Source: Candidatus Heimdallarchaeum endolithica (lineage in GTDB: Archaea > Asgardarchaeota > Heimdallarchaeia > Heimdallarchaeales > Heimdallarchaeaceae). From it: a stretch of 64,000 bases of DNA. The notes beneath the pieces were generated by a model, which searched no databases, had not been told where the DNA came from, and saw only the letters and a program-made list of their open reading frames with translations. Location of the stretch: the NCBI GenBank assembly GCA_021513715.1, contig CP084167.1, positions 1 to 64,000 on the forward strand, in the 5' to 3' direction. This document shows positions 35,713 to 45,654 of this stretch, piece after piece. How positions within the stretch are numbered: the first letter of the stretch is position 1; each line of letters begins with the position of its first letter. A program made the translations under genes and the position numbers.

Positions 35713-36210
35713 CTAGGTACTTAACCATTTGTTAATATTTTCTCCATTATACTCTCTTGGATCTTTATATCTTATTCCCAAATGCTTGAAACACTTTTTA
35801 TCGCTTGATAACATGACAATGTTATCAATGTCTTTGGTTAATAAAGATATTTCATCAACGTCACAATTACATAAATTAAAGTCAATAATACTAAAATTTC
35901 TTAAAAATTTTCTAACATCATTATTGCTTAAATAGAGAATATCTATTCGATTTTGATTGAAAAAACGCATTATTCTTTTTATTTTATTATTAAAATCATT
36001 CCACGTTAGATCCTTAAAGATTGTACATCGTAGATTCTTTATTATTTCAAAAAAAACTGTCATTGTAATATACATTCTTTTATTGTGTTCGACCATTTCA
36101 TATAAAAATTTTGAAACTGAATTGTAAGCTAGTTGCTCTGAAGTTAAATCTCTGAACATATCAATAATAACTGTTGCATCAATGGGATAATAATGTTCAG
36201 GATAATACAT
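35713..36210 (-). CDS. PIN-domain (VapC-like) ribonuclease
   Basis: IDATVIID, VFFEI, DVDE, SSDK. Confidence 0.75.
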   Translation of the reverse strand: MYYPEHYYPIDATVIIDMFRDLTSEQLAYNSVSKFLYEMVEHNKRMYITMTVFFEIIKNLRCTIFKDLTWNDFNNKIKRIMRFFNQNRIDILYLSNNDVRKFLRNFSIIDFNLCNCDVDEISLLTKDIDNIVMLSSDKKCFKHLGIRYKDPREYNGENINKWLST

Positions 36211-36211
36211 T

Positions 36212-36589
36212 TTAATCTTCTACTAATGATTTCATTGCTTTCTTAATTTCTTCTGCACTTGATGCAATTTTCCCCATTTCTATTGTTTGTATTTTTTCAT
36301 CAACAATTTGAAACCATAATTTAGTTCCAACCTTCCAATTTAATTCTCTAATTATTTCTTTAGGTATTTTTACAATATTACCTGGTTGCAATATTGCTTC
36401 TTTTTCTATTCTAATTGGTAAATGTTTTATAGGCTCATTTAACTTTCTTGTGATTTTTAACTCTCTGCTTTCCTTAATTTCATAAAAATTGGTATATTGT
36501 TCATTAATCTCAAGACCATTAAATGATACATTTTCGTATTGTTCATCATATTCACTTTCATAAAGGCTTGTTCTACTCATTTCTCTCAC
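36212..36589 (-). CDS. AbrB/MazE-type antitoxin with an N-terminal extension
   Basis: IVKIPKEIIRELNWKVGTKLWF. Confidence 0.75.
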   Translation of the reverse strand: MREMSRTSLYESEYDEQYENVSFNGLEINEQYTNFYEIKESRELKITRKLNEPIKHLPIRIEKEAILQPGNIVKIPKEIIRELNWKVGTKLWFQIVDEKIQTIEMGKIASSAEEIKKAMKSLVED

Positions 36590-37197
36590 CGTTCTTCAAT
36601 TTTAATCTTTATTTCGTTTAATTTGCTAATCAATTTTTCTAATTCAATTTTAGAAAGTGATAGTGTTACTATCCTTGGTTCAAGCTGGTTAGCAATGTAA
36701 TAAAGATAAAGATTTGCTTGAATTTCTTCTATATCGCTATTTTTACCAATGTAAATTTTTTTTGAGATATCATAATCAATTTTTGCTAGAACATTTGAAA
36801 CTCTGTTTGTGGCTGAAATTAGATAAATTTTCAACTCTTTGTTTAGTAAATTGATGATTTTTTTAAGCTTTTCAATTGTTTCACTAGAATATTTTGTTAT
36901 CTTAATTTCTCCATTCTTAAATTCATCATATATTGCAGCGATGATATTAGTTAGTAATATGCCAATTTCTTTACCAGATAAACCAATTTCTTCTTCAGGT
37001 TCAAAATATCGAGCGATTTTAATACCAAAACCATCTTCCATTGTGTCAATTCTTATCGTATTCTCTTTTATTGCATTTTGAATTATTTTGCTTAATTGTT
37101 TAGTTTGATTGATATCAAACTTTTTAATTATTTCTTCATCTTTTTGTATTCTTTTATTTTTTGCTTCAATGATATCATTTAAGTTTTGGTTTTCCAT
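36586..37197 (-). CDS. Hypothetical protein with a COMM-domain-like C-terminus
   Basis: LAKIDYDISKK...ANLYLYY...IVTLSLSKIELEKLISKLNEIK. Confidence 0.55.
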   Translation of the reverse strand: MENQNLNDIIEAKNKRIQKDEEIIKKFDINQTKQLSKIIQNAIKENTIRIDTMEDGFGIKIARYFEPEEEIGLSGKEIGILLTNIIAAIYDEFKNGEIKITKYSSETIEKLKKIINLLNKELKIYLISATNRVSNVLAKIDYDISKKIYIGKNSDIEEIQANLYLYYIANQLEPRIVTLSLSKIELEKLISKLNEIKIKIEER

Positions 37198-37513
37198 AAT
37201 TTGTTCTTTCCTTAGATTATTTGATTCCTCTAAACTTAAATAGTTTTAGACTAATATTAATTTTTTTTTAGGAATAATTTTAAATGTTACTTACCTTTTT
37301 TTAAATAAAAGTTACTCTTTTAATCTACATTCTATCTTTCAGGTGAAACACAAAAGTAAGAAAAGATATGTTACTTATGAATTATTGTTCAATTTTGTAT
37401 TATAACAATTTTAATTTTTCACATTTTTATTTTATGTAGAGTTTTTATCAAAAAATTATAATGAAGTTACTTTGTTAATTGATGTTATCCTTTTTAATAT
37501 TGATAATTTTAAA

Positions 37514-37575
37514 GGGTCACCTTAGCTTCTTCATGGCATTGCTCACGCTTCACCAAATGCCTTACGATCATCCCC
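37514..37575 (-). ncRNA. Putative small k-turn / box C/D-like RNA
   Basis: GGG-GAT-GA-TC...GGT-GA-CCC closing k-turn; internal GGCATT/AATGCC hairpin; GC-rich island in AT-rich intergenic DNA. Confidence 0.5.
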
Positions 37576-37606
37576 ATATATTTTGTACGTACAAATGTAC
37601 GTACAA
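37569..37606. repeat. att-like motif: CATCCCCATA plus palindrome TTGTACGTACA-AA-TGTACGTACAA
   Basis: Shares CATCCCCATA and CGTACAAATGTACG with the provirus terminal repeat, in swapped order. Confidence 0.7.
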
Positions 37607-37884
37607 TAAAATCATTTTACTTCTCTCTTCTAAATTTTTCTAAAGATGTCTTTTTATTAAATATTAGAAAGTGGGATGATTCTTCGTTAAAGTTAACCAT
37701 TTTGTTTTTCAAAAGGAAGTATATAAAATAACTGTAAAACTTATTCAAGAAAAGAAATATACTGATTTATTTCGTGAGGAGAAGAATAAAAAAAAGTAAT
37801 TGTGCAGATATTGCCTATTCTCTCATAAAAAAACTAAAAGAAATGAACAAAAAAGAGTATAAATCCTATAAGCATTACAATTAA

Positions 37885-38265
37885 TCAAATGATAAACAGA
37901 TACAGATCTAATGTTTTTATTGTTAAAGAGTTAAGCATTTCTTGAGCCTTTGTCTGATTTATTTTCTTCATTTTAAGAAAAACTAGTAGTAACGAGATGA
38001 AAATTATAGCTATAGAAATAAAACATAAAATTATTCCAGAAATAACTATTATTAGATCATTAATTAAAATCTCATTATCACGTAATTTCTGAAATGCAAG
38101 AAGGGAAATTAAAGCAAATAACAAAGTAAAAAAAGTTGCAATTAAAACTTCTATTCCTAGTTTTAATAGTATAGGAGTTAACTTTTTACCATCATATAAT
38201 CTATATTCAGAAAACTGTTTACTATCGTATAATTTAGATTCAGTATCAGATTCCGAGTTATTCAT
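37885..38265 (-). CDS. Two-TM membrane protein
   Basis: Two hydrophobic helices. Confidence 0.6.
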   Translation of the reverse strand: MNNSESDTESKLYDSKQFSEYRLYDGKKLTPILLKLGIEVLIATFFTLLFALISLLAFQKLRDNEILINDLIIVISGIILCFISIAIIFISLLLVFLKMKKINQTKAQEMLNSLTIKTLDLYLFII

Positions 38266-38377
38266 TGTATTTCACTTTAATTAATGTTAAATATTTATAT
38301 TTTTTCACCAGAATCTCAATAATTAAAAGTGCTAATGAACCTATTACTCCTAGAAAGCAGAAAAACAATTAGCATGT

Positions 38378-39235
38378 TTATACTTTTAATTCTACTTTGA
38401 CAAAATCCTCTCTTTTCATCATTTTTTGCCATCCATCAATTAAGTATAATAAATTTAGAATAAATAATAAAACTGCTTGGATTATAAGTATAAAATATTC
38501 TCTTCCTTCTAATAGAGGATAAAGTCTATTCCAATTATTGTGAATATCTCCGTTCTTAATCTCCATAAACATTCCATCTAAAATTATTGTAAAGATGAGT
38601 AAGAGAGGAAGTTGTAAGAATAAACCTAATATAAAAGGCTTGGCTTTAGCTTTGACCAGCTTTTTTTCATTAAGATAACCTGTAATTGTAATAAATCTAG
38701 CAACAGACCAATAAGCTGCTGTGAACATGGTAAATAAAGCAAGAACTATAATTAAGCCTATAAGTAGTCCTTCTATTATATTGGGAGAATAAGAAAAGGG
38801 TGAGGGTTTATCAGGATAATTCTCAAAGAATCTATTTTCAAGTTTTTTTACAGAACCACTATGGTGAATGATAAGGAGTAGTATAATGCTTAAGATAAAA
38901 ATTTTGCTAACTTGAATTAGAGAAAGAGACCATTTACCTAAAAAAATCTTTATCCTGTCATCCTTATTTTTCCATTTTAACACTATAGATTCGTGATCAA
39001 AAAGAACATAAACTAAAGTATAGCACACTACGATAAAGATAAAGGCCTTTAAACTATCGAGAAAAAAGTAGTAAAAGTTAAAACTACAGTTTAATATGCT
39101 AAAAAAGAATAAGTAGATAAAGAACGTAACACCTACACTAAATTGCATAGAATTAAATCTATTACGCAATCCTTCATTACTTCTTATGAAGTTCATAGTT
39201 CTTTTGGGTGATGCTAAATTATTCATAAATGTCAA
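38378..39235 (-). CDS. Multi-pass membrane protein
   Basis: About 6 TM segments. Confidence 0.7.
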   Translation of the reverse strand: MTFMNNLASPKRTMNFIRSNEGLRNRFNSMQFSVGVTFFIYLFFFSILNCSFNFYYFFLDSLKAFIFIVVCYTLVYVLFDHESIVLKWKNKDDRIKIFLGKWSLSLIQVSKIFILSIILLLIIHHSGSVKKLENRFFENYPDKPSPFSYSPNIIEGLLIGLIIVLALFTMFTAAYWSVARFITITGYLNEKKLVKAKAKPFILGLFLQLPLLLIFTIILDGMFMEIKNGDIHNNWNRLYPLLEGREYFILIIQAVLLFILNLLYLIDGWQKMMKREDFVKVELKV

Positions 39236-39692
39236 ATCGTTTTAAATTCTTATCTTTAAAATCTTACTTAATACAATAAAATGAAAAAAATGGAGTTAAC
39301 CAATTACAACGTCATCATCTGCTATATCAAAAGTAAAACCAGTAACCCACGAAGCAACTAAAAGGATTGATGCAGCTACTCTAAGTGTAGTTGCTAAACC
39401 TGCTGCTCCTAAAGCATCTGCTACATGTATTATTGAAAAAATTCGAACAAGATTAATGTAAATTTATTCACTTAATGTATTTCAAGTAGATGGCTTAATT
39501 GAGAGTGCACTCGGGACAAATATGCCGTAATTCCGTGCAAGTAAAATTAAAAATAAAGAATATAAACAAAAGCCAAAAAAGATTGTGAAACTGTTATGAT
39601 TTTATTATTTGCTATAATAGTTGTGTTTGTTATTTACAGTGGACTGTAATTTTGTTACTTTTCATCAAAATGAAAAAAAAAACAGAAAATAG

Positions 39693-40199
39693 TTAATCAT
39701 TTTCTCCTTGTTTCAGAAATTTTTTTACTAAAGCACGATAGTATGGCTCTAAAACAAAGTTAATTTCCCTCTTTAACAGCTCACCACGATTATAAAAACT
39801 GGTCAATTGTGGAAAACTAGAAAATAGCAAAGTTTTAACTTCAATGTGGATTTTACTGGCGATATCAGAATTTTCAACATACTCTGTGTCGCAAAGTAAG
39901 ACAAACAACCCATTGTCAGGTGCCTTTGAAATAGTGATTATATAAGTTTCAAAAAACATCTTGTTTATATTGTCTCCTATGATCTCTTTGGCAAAACTGT
40001 TAATTGCTGTTAACAGTCCTGATACTAAAATGCTATCTGACAGAGATTTTTTTCCTTGTTCTTTTTCAAGTTTAAGTTTATCTTCATCATATGGGTAGTT
40101 AAGGATAGGGATTCCACTGCTATCTATTAACAAGAAAGAAAAAATTGGCCTAGGATAAGGATGCCATGGAGCAGTTCGACCATTTTCCATAGTTATCAT
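39693..40199 (-). CDS. Longin-like domain protein, copy 1
   Basis: FLLIDSSGIPI...DSILVSGLLTAINSFAKEI, a pattern typical of Asgard longin-like proteins. Confidence 0.75.
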   Translation of the reverse strand: MITMENGRTAPWHPYPRPIFSFLLIDSSGIPILNYPYDEDKLKLEKEQGKKSLSDSILVSGLLTAINSFAKEIIGDNINKMFFETYIITISKAPDNGLFVLLCDTEYVENSDIASKIHIEVKTLLFSSFPQLTSFYNRGELLKREINFVLEPYYRALVKKFLKQGEND

Positions 40200-40264
40200 A
40201 ATTTTAACCTCCCATTTTTACCTCCTTCAGTTGTAATAAATTGAAAAAAATAAAGAAATTTTTA

Positions 40265-40582
40265 CTATCTTCTGAATAATCTGAATCTACGACGACGTTT
40301 TTGCTGTTTGATATCAAATTTCTGTAATAATTCCATTGACAAATGATTTCCCACATCCGCTACACGATGAGGATAGTATTCTTTATAGATCTCTAAAATT
40401 TGATTAACTAGCATAGGAAGATCTTCTTTAGTTAGTTCTTCAGGTTTCTTATTAATCTGTTGACATGCCAACTCAACAGTATAGTAAGCTGACATTGAAA
40501 CTTTTGCTTCTAAGGCTTCAACCACTCTATAAAATATCTGTTTTTTCAATCTTAATGCTTCACTTTCACTCATTTTTTTCAC
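40265..40582 (-). CDS. Hypothetical protein with a polybasic C-terminus, copy 1
   Basis: Near-identical to 42091-42408. Confidence 0.75.
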   Translation of the reverse strand: MKKMSESEALRLKKQIFYRVVEALEAKVSMSAYYTVELACQQINKKPEELTKEDLPMLVNQILEIYKEYYPHRVADVGNHLSMELLQKFDIKQQKRRRRFRLFRR

Positions 40583-41176
40583 CTAATTTTCTGATTCTTT
40601 ATGCGAAATAGCATATATACATTCACAATTTTCCAACATATGCTCGATCTGTTCTTCTGATAGTCCCAATGCTTCTATTTCTCTTTTGCATAGTCTCATT
40701 TTTCCTCCTCTTTTACAACCAAGATGGATATAGTTGAAAACATATTCCCCATTTACAGTCATTGAAGAGATTATCATCTGTCTTATCTGCTGTGATATGA
40801 AGCAACCTATATCTAAAAAGCAGTTTCCTAAATTGTCTCCTGTTTGAAAATTTTTTAACACTTCATCAACTTTAAGATCGCTGTCATCATTGGCTAGCAT
40901 ATCTGCCATTGTTTCGCCAATTTTGCAAGTTTTCACAGCAATAATGTTTGCACCTATTCCCTCCACATCTGTTGTAGAATAATCGTCTACATAGGTTAAA
41001 GGAGAATTATTGTTGTGTATATCATCATAAAATTCCACTTCTGAAGAATAGTTTTTATTGCCGACTTCATCTACAATTTCTTTACCCAATTTCATTACTG
41101 CCATTACAATTTCATTAATGGACATACCCTCTTTCAGGTATTTTCTGATTTCCTCCTTACTAAATTTGCCCAACAT
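40583..41176 (-). CDS. Cys-containing V4R/MetOD1-like protein, copy 1
   Basis: IIAVKTCKIG...GCFISQQIR...GCKR...CIY; family assignment tentative. Confidence 0.55.
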   Translation of the reverse strand: MLGKFSKEEIRKYLKEGMSINEIVMAVMKLGKEIVDEVGNKNYSSEVEFYDDIHNNNSPLTYVDDYSTTDVEGIGANIIAVKTCKIGETMADMLANDDSDLKVDEVLKNFQTGDNLGNCFLDIGCFISQQIRQMIISSMTVNGEYVFNYIHLGCKRGGKMRLCKREIEALGLSEEQIEHMLENCECIYAISHKESEN

Positions 41177-41314
41177 TACACATCACCAGTTTATGAGTAG
41201 AATTGTAGTATTCTTACTCTGCTGACAAGTATATCTCGAGCAAGAACTAAAATAATTAAAGTAAGTTTTCTAATTTATTTTTTTTTATAAAGGCAAAATA
41301 CCGACATTATTCAT

Positions 41315-41498
41315 ATCACCCGGAGTATCGTAGTAGTATTGAACATGTCTTTGGTTTCCTCAAACTCTCTCTTCCCCTGTTCCTTTATCGTTTACCCTTC
41401 AAGATTTTCTTTATGCTTTACAGTTCTCTCCTCTGTTGCAACTACCTTTTACTTCTTCGGACCGTTTAGTAGGTGAAAAAGAATTTTTGGACATGCTT
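41315..41498 (+). mobile_element. 3' remnant of the IS5-like element
   Basis: Matches about 45430-45614, including the right TIR AATTTTTGGACATGCTT. Confidence 0.85.
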
Positions 41499-41557
41499 TA
41501 AATAATAAACAAACAAATAAATGCACTTTCTAAAGAATAAAAAAGAAAAAAAGATTG

Positions 41558-42064
41558 TTAATCCGTTTCTCCTTGGCTTAGAAATTTTTTTACTAAAGCA
41601 CGATAATATGGCTCTAAAACAAAGTTAATCTCCTTTTTCAAGAGAGCTCCACGATTGGAAAAAGCAGTTAGTTGTGGAAAACTAGAGAATAATAAAGTTT
41701 TAACTTCAATGTGAATAGTATTTGCAATATCGGAATTTTCAATATACTCTGTGTCGCAAAGTAAGACAAACAACCCATTGTCAGGTATCTTTGAAATAGT
41801 GATTATATAAGTTTCAAAAAACATCTTGTTTATATTGTCTCCTATGATCTCTTTGGCAAAACTGTTAATTGCTGTTAACAGTCCTGATACTAAAATGCTA
41901 TCTGACAGAGATTTTTTTCCTTGTTCTTTTTCAAGTTTAAGTTTATCTTCATCATATGGGTAGTTGAGGATAGGGATTCCACCGCTTTCAATCAACAAGA
42001 AAGAAAAAATTGGTCGAGGATAAGGATGCCATGGAGCAGTTCGACCATTTTCCATAGTTATCAT
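41558..42064 (-). CDS. Longin-like domain protein, copy 2
   Basis: Near-identical to 39693-40199. Confidence 0.75.
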   Translation of the reverse strand: MITMENGRTAPWHPYPRPIFSFLLIESGGIPILNYPYDEDKLKLEKEQGKKSLSDSILVSGLLTAINSFAKEIIGDNINKMFFETYIITISKIPDNGLFVLLCDTEYIENSDIANTIHIEVKTLLFSSFPQLTAFSNRGALLKKEINFVLEPYYRALVKKFLSQGETD

Positions 42065-42090
42065 AATTTTAACCTCTCTAAAAATATTGT

Positions 42091-42408
42091 TTATCTTCTG
42101 AATAAGCTGAATCTACGACGACGTTTTTGCTGTTTGATATCAAATTTCTGTAATAATTCCATTGACAAATGATTTCCCACATCCGCTACACGATGAGAAT
42201 AGTATTCTTTATAGATCTCTAAAATTTGATTAACTAACATAGGAAGATTTTCTTTGGTTAGTTCTTCAGGTTTCTTATTAATCTGTTGACATGCCAACTC
42301 AACAGTATAGTAAGCTGACATTGAAACTTTTGCTTCTAAGGCTTCAACCACTCTATAAAATATCTGTTTTTTCAATTTTAATGCTTCACTTTCACTCATT
42401 TTTTTCAC
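42091..42408 (-). CDS. Hypothetical protein with a polybasic C-terminus, copy 2
   Basis: Near-identical to 40265-40582. Confidence 0.75.
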   Translation of the reverse strand: MKKMSESEALKLKKQIFYRVVEALEAKVSMSAYYTVELACQQINKKPEELTKENLPMLVNQILEIYKEYYSHRVADVGNHLSMELLQKFDIKQQKRRRRFSLFRR

Positions 42409-43000
42409 CTAATTTTCTGATTCTTTATGCGAAATAGCATATATACATTCACAATTTTCCAACATATGCTCGATCTGTTCTTCTGATAGTCCCAATGCTT
42501 CTATTTCTCTTTTGCATAGTCTCATATTTCCTCCTCTTTTACAGCCAAGATGGATATAGTTGAAAACATACTTTTCATTTACAGTCATTGAAGAGATTAT
42601 CATCTGTCTTATCTGCTGTGATATGAAGCAACCTATGTCTAAAAAGCAGTTTCCTAAATTGTCTCCTGTTTGAAAATTTTTTACACTTCATCAACTTTAA
42701 GATCGCTGTCATCATTGGCTAGCATATCTGCCATTGTTTCGCCAATTTTACAGTTTTTCACAGTAATGATATTTGCTCCTGCACCTTCAACATCCGTCGT
42801 AGAGTAATCATCTACATAAGCTAAAGGTGACTCGTTGCCATGAATATTGTTGTAAAATTCCTCTTCTGAAGAATAGTTTTTATTGCCGACTTCATCTACA
42901 ATTTCTTTACCCAATTTCATTACTGCCATTACAATTTCATTAATGGAATACCCTCTTTCAGGTATTTTCTGATTTCCTCTTTACTGAATTTGCCCAACAT
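42409..43000 (-). pseudogene. Frameshifted copy 2 of the 40583-41176 gene
   Basis: Two 1-nt deletions relative to copy 1, near 42683 and 42948. Confidence 0.75.
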
Positions 43001-43358
43001 AATACACCACCAATTCAAAAGAGCCTTAAATGTCTAGTTAAACCTCTAATGAAGGTTTTGTTCTTGTAAAACAAGAATCATTAAATTATTAACGTCACAA
43101 ATTTTATATCTTGTTGTAAGGGCAAAATTTAATTTAAAAAAGAACTGTGTTCTGATAAGAAATACAGTATTTTACACGTGTTTGAAGTATATGTGAACAT
43201 TTTTACCTTCATTTTAAATTTATTAAAATAATCAGTTAAAAAAACAAAAAATTAAATGCTTTATCATTATATTTTTAAGCTAGAATCTCTGAACATATGT
43301 TATCAATTTAATTAATTGAATATTTAATAGATGTCTTTTATAATTTCTTATTTAAAAT

Positions 43359-44534
43359 CTAAACACTTTTTCCTCTTGAGTAAATGTATAATGTAGCTTT
43401 TTCATCAAATTCTTCTAACCATTCTTTCACTTCATGAGAAAAAGACTGCAAATCACTATCACTAATATCTAAATAATAAAGGTTTTTCAATTTTGATATG
43501 TTTTTTGGAAGATCTTTTAATTCATTACCATAAAGTTTCAAAGTCTGTAGAGTTTTAATATAACATATTTTCTCTGGTAAGTACTTGAGTTTATTATTAC
43601 CTAGATCAAGTATTTGAAGACTTGTTAGCTTATCTATATTATTTGGTAATTCGCTTAACTGATTACTTTTGAGGTCTAATATATTTAATTTGGTTAAATC
43701 ACTAATACACTCTGGTAATGATGATAATTTATTTCCTGCTATGTTCAATAGTTTTAAAGTTTTTAATTTGCAGATTGATTCTGGAAAAGTAGTTAGGTTA
43801 TTATACGCAAGATGAAGAAGATACATGCTTCTTAATTTTTTAAAGTTGTCAGGTAAATTATGAAGAGAATTATTGTTCAAAAAAAGCTTTTGAAGCCTGC
43901 TTAATTCTCCAATACTTTCTGGTAAAAATTCGATATTGTTAAAAGTTAACTCCAACATTTCTAAATATCTTAAATTTCCTATAGTATCAGGTAGAAAGGT
44001 TAAACAGTTTTTGTTTACACTTAGTTCCTTTAACTTTTTTAAGTTATCAATACTTTCAGGTAAAGAAGTTAATTTATTGTTATATAAGTTCAAGACTTCT
44101 AGTTCTGATAAATCACCAATTGATTCTGGGAGAGTTGTTAAATTATTTCCACAAATTGTTAATTCTTTCAAATTTTTCAAATTAGTGATATTTTCAGGTA
44201 AATATTTGAGTTCATTAGAAGTCAATTCTAAAACTTGGAGTTTAGATAAATCACCAATTGATTCTGGAAGAGACTTCAAATTGTTTTGCCTTACATATAA
44301 TTCTACTAAATTTGTTAGTTCACCAATGGACTCTGGGAGAGATTCTAGTTGATTATTGTTAATTTGTAACGTTTGCAGATTTTGTAATGAAATTATGTCA
44401 TGAGGAAACTTTGTTAGTCCTTGTTCGTATAAACCAATTCCTGTAATTGTTTGATTTTTATAAGTTATTCCAAAGGTTTTATGTTGAATACTATCAACTA
44501 CAGGCATTTTATCAAAATCAAGTTTTTCTTGCAT
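43359..44534 (-). CDS. Leucine-rich repeat protein (23-aa LRRs)
   Basis: Repeated LxxLxLxxNxLxxLPESIGxL. Confidence 0.95.
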   Translation of the reverse strand: MQEKLDFDKMPVVDSIQHKTFGITYKNQTITGIGLYEQGLTKFPHDIISLQNLQTLQINNNQLESLPESIGELTNLVELYVRQNNLKSLPESIGDLSKLQVLELTSNELKYLPENITNLKNLKELTICGNNLTTLPESIGDLSELEVLNLYNNKLTSLPESIDNLKKLKELSVNKNCLTFLPDTIGNLRYLEMLELTFNNIEFLPESIGELSRLQKLFLNNNSLHNLPDNFKKLRSMYLLHLAYNNLTTFPESICKLKTLKLLNIAGNKLSSLPECISDLTKLNILDLKSNQLSELPNNIDKLTSLQILDLGNNKLKYLPEKICYIKTLQTLKLYGNELKDLPKNISKLKNLYYLDISDSDLQSFSHEVKEWLEEFDEKATLYIYSRGKSV

Positions 44535-44610
44535 ATTGCAACTCCTTATATTATCTTACAAAACATATGAAGAATTGTATTTAAATAAAACTCTTTTTTT
44601 TAATTCAATT

Positions 44611-45614
44611 AAGCATGTCCAAAAATTAATTTTTATTAATGTGGGGGTTTATGTCGGAATTATGACTTACTTTCAGATCATAGACCCCCACAAAGTAAGA
44701 GAATTCATAATCATTAATGAACCTTTCCTTAAGAAACTGGTGAAAGAGGAACCGAGAGAAAGTAAGAGAGGGAGAAAAAGAATAGCAGAAAGGTGGGTGA
44801 TACTGGCTTTAGCAATTATTGCGAGAATAGAAGGAATAGCTTGGAGGAAGTTAGAGGAAAAGTTGGCTTTATGCGATTTTTTGATAGAAGAGGGGTGGAT
44901 GAAGAAGATTCCTTCCAAATCTACTTTTCATGCAGTGTGGAGAGCGACAGAAAGTAAGTTGCTGGAGCGGTGGATAATAGATTTAGGTAGGGAAATAGTG
45001 AGGAAAAAAGGCTTGAAAGCTATGGCGGTGGATAGTTCAGGGTTTAAAATTCGTCAGGCTTCTGTTTGGCGTTTTCTCAAGTGGGCAAGAGGAGGACTAA
45101 AGAAAACCTCTAAACTTTTCTGGAAGATACACCTTATAGTTGGTTTACCCTCTCGAGCTATAGTCTCTCTCGCTCATTCTGCTAGTAACACTCACGATAG
45201 TAAAGTCTTCGGTTTGCTCTGGCAGAAACTTCCTTCTGCACTCTTGAGACCTTTCTTGCGATTTTATGGAGACTGTGCCTACTGGACAGAAAATATCGTT
45301 GGACTTCTTAGCCAACATTCCTTTTTCCCTGTTATTCCCCCAAAAAGTAATGCTCGTTATCCCTCTCCTCCTCCCCTCGGACCAATAGTTCAAGCTCATC
45401 GTCTCTACCCTGGTCTGTATCGTCGTAATCATCACCCCGAGTATCGTAGTAGTATTGAACACGTCTTTGGTCTCCTCAAACTCTCTCATCCCCCAATCCT
45501 TGATCGTTTACCCTCCACCATCCTCTCTACCTTGTACAGTTCTCTCCTCTGTTACAACTACCTTTTACTCCTTCGGACCGTTTAGTAGGTGAAAAAGAAT
45601 TTTTGGACATGCTT
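44611..45614 (+). mobile_element. IS5/IS4-like (DDE_Tnp_1) insertion sequence, apparently intact
   Basis: Perfect 17-bp TIR AAGCATGTCCAAAAATT; 6-bp target-site duplication TCAATT (44605-44610 / 45615-45620). Confidence 0.9.
44662..45585 (+). CDS. DDE transposase
   Basis: AVDSSG, KIHL, HDS, GDCAY, YRSSIEHVF; start placed inside the TIR at ATG 44662. Confidence 0.88.
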   Translation: MTYFQIIDPHKVREFIIINEPFLKKLVKEEPRESKRGRKRIAERWVILALAIIARIEGIAWRKLEEKLALCDFLIEEGWMKKIPSKSTFHAVWRATESKLLERWIIDLGREIVRKKGLKAMAVDSSGFKIRQASVWRFLKWARGGLKKTSKLFWKIHLIVGLPSRAIVSLAHSASNTHDSKVFGLLWQKLPSALLRPFLRFYGDCAYWTENIVGLLSQHSFFPVIPPKSNARYPSPPPLGPIVQAHRLYPGLYRRNHHPEYRSSIEHVFGLLKLSHPPILDRLPSTILSTLYSSLLCYNYLLLLRTV

Positions 45615-45654
45615 TCAATTTTACAAATAAAGTTTATTCAAAAAATATAAACAG

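Noticed and set aside
39295-39435. Minus-strand hydrophobic peptide (ADALGAAGLATTLRVAASILLVASW...), bacteriocin-like
   Set aside because: No convincing start or RBS; probably a gene remnant and too short to assign
43936-44352. 138-aa plus-strand repetitive ORF
   Set aside because: Antisense shadow of the LRR repeats
44536-44661. N-terminal extension of the IS5-like transposase in the ORF track
   Set aside because: Begins outside the left TIR (44611); ATG 44662 is the plausible start
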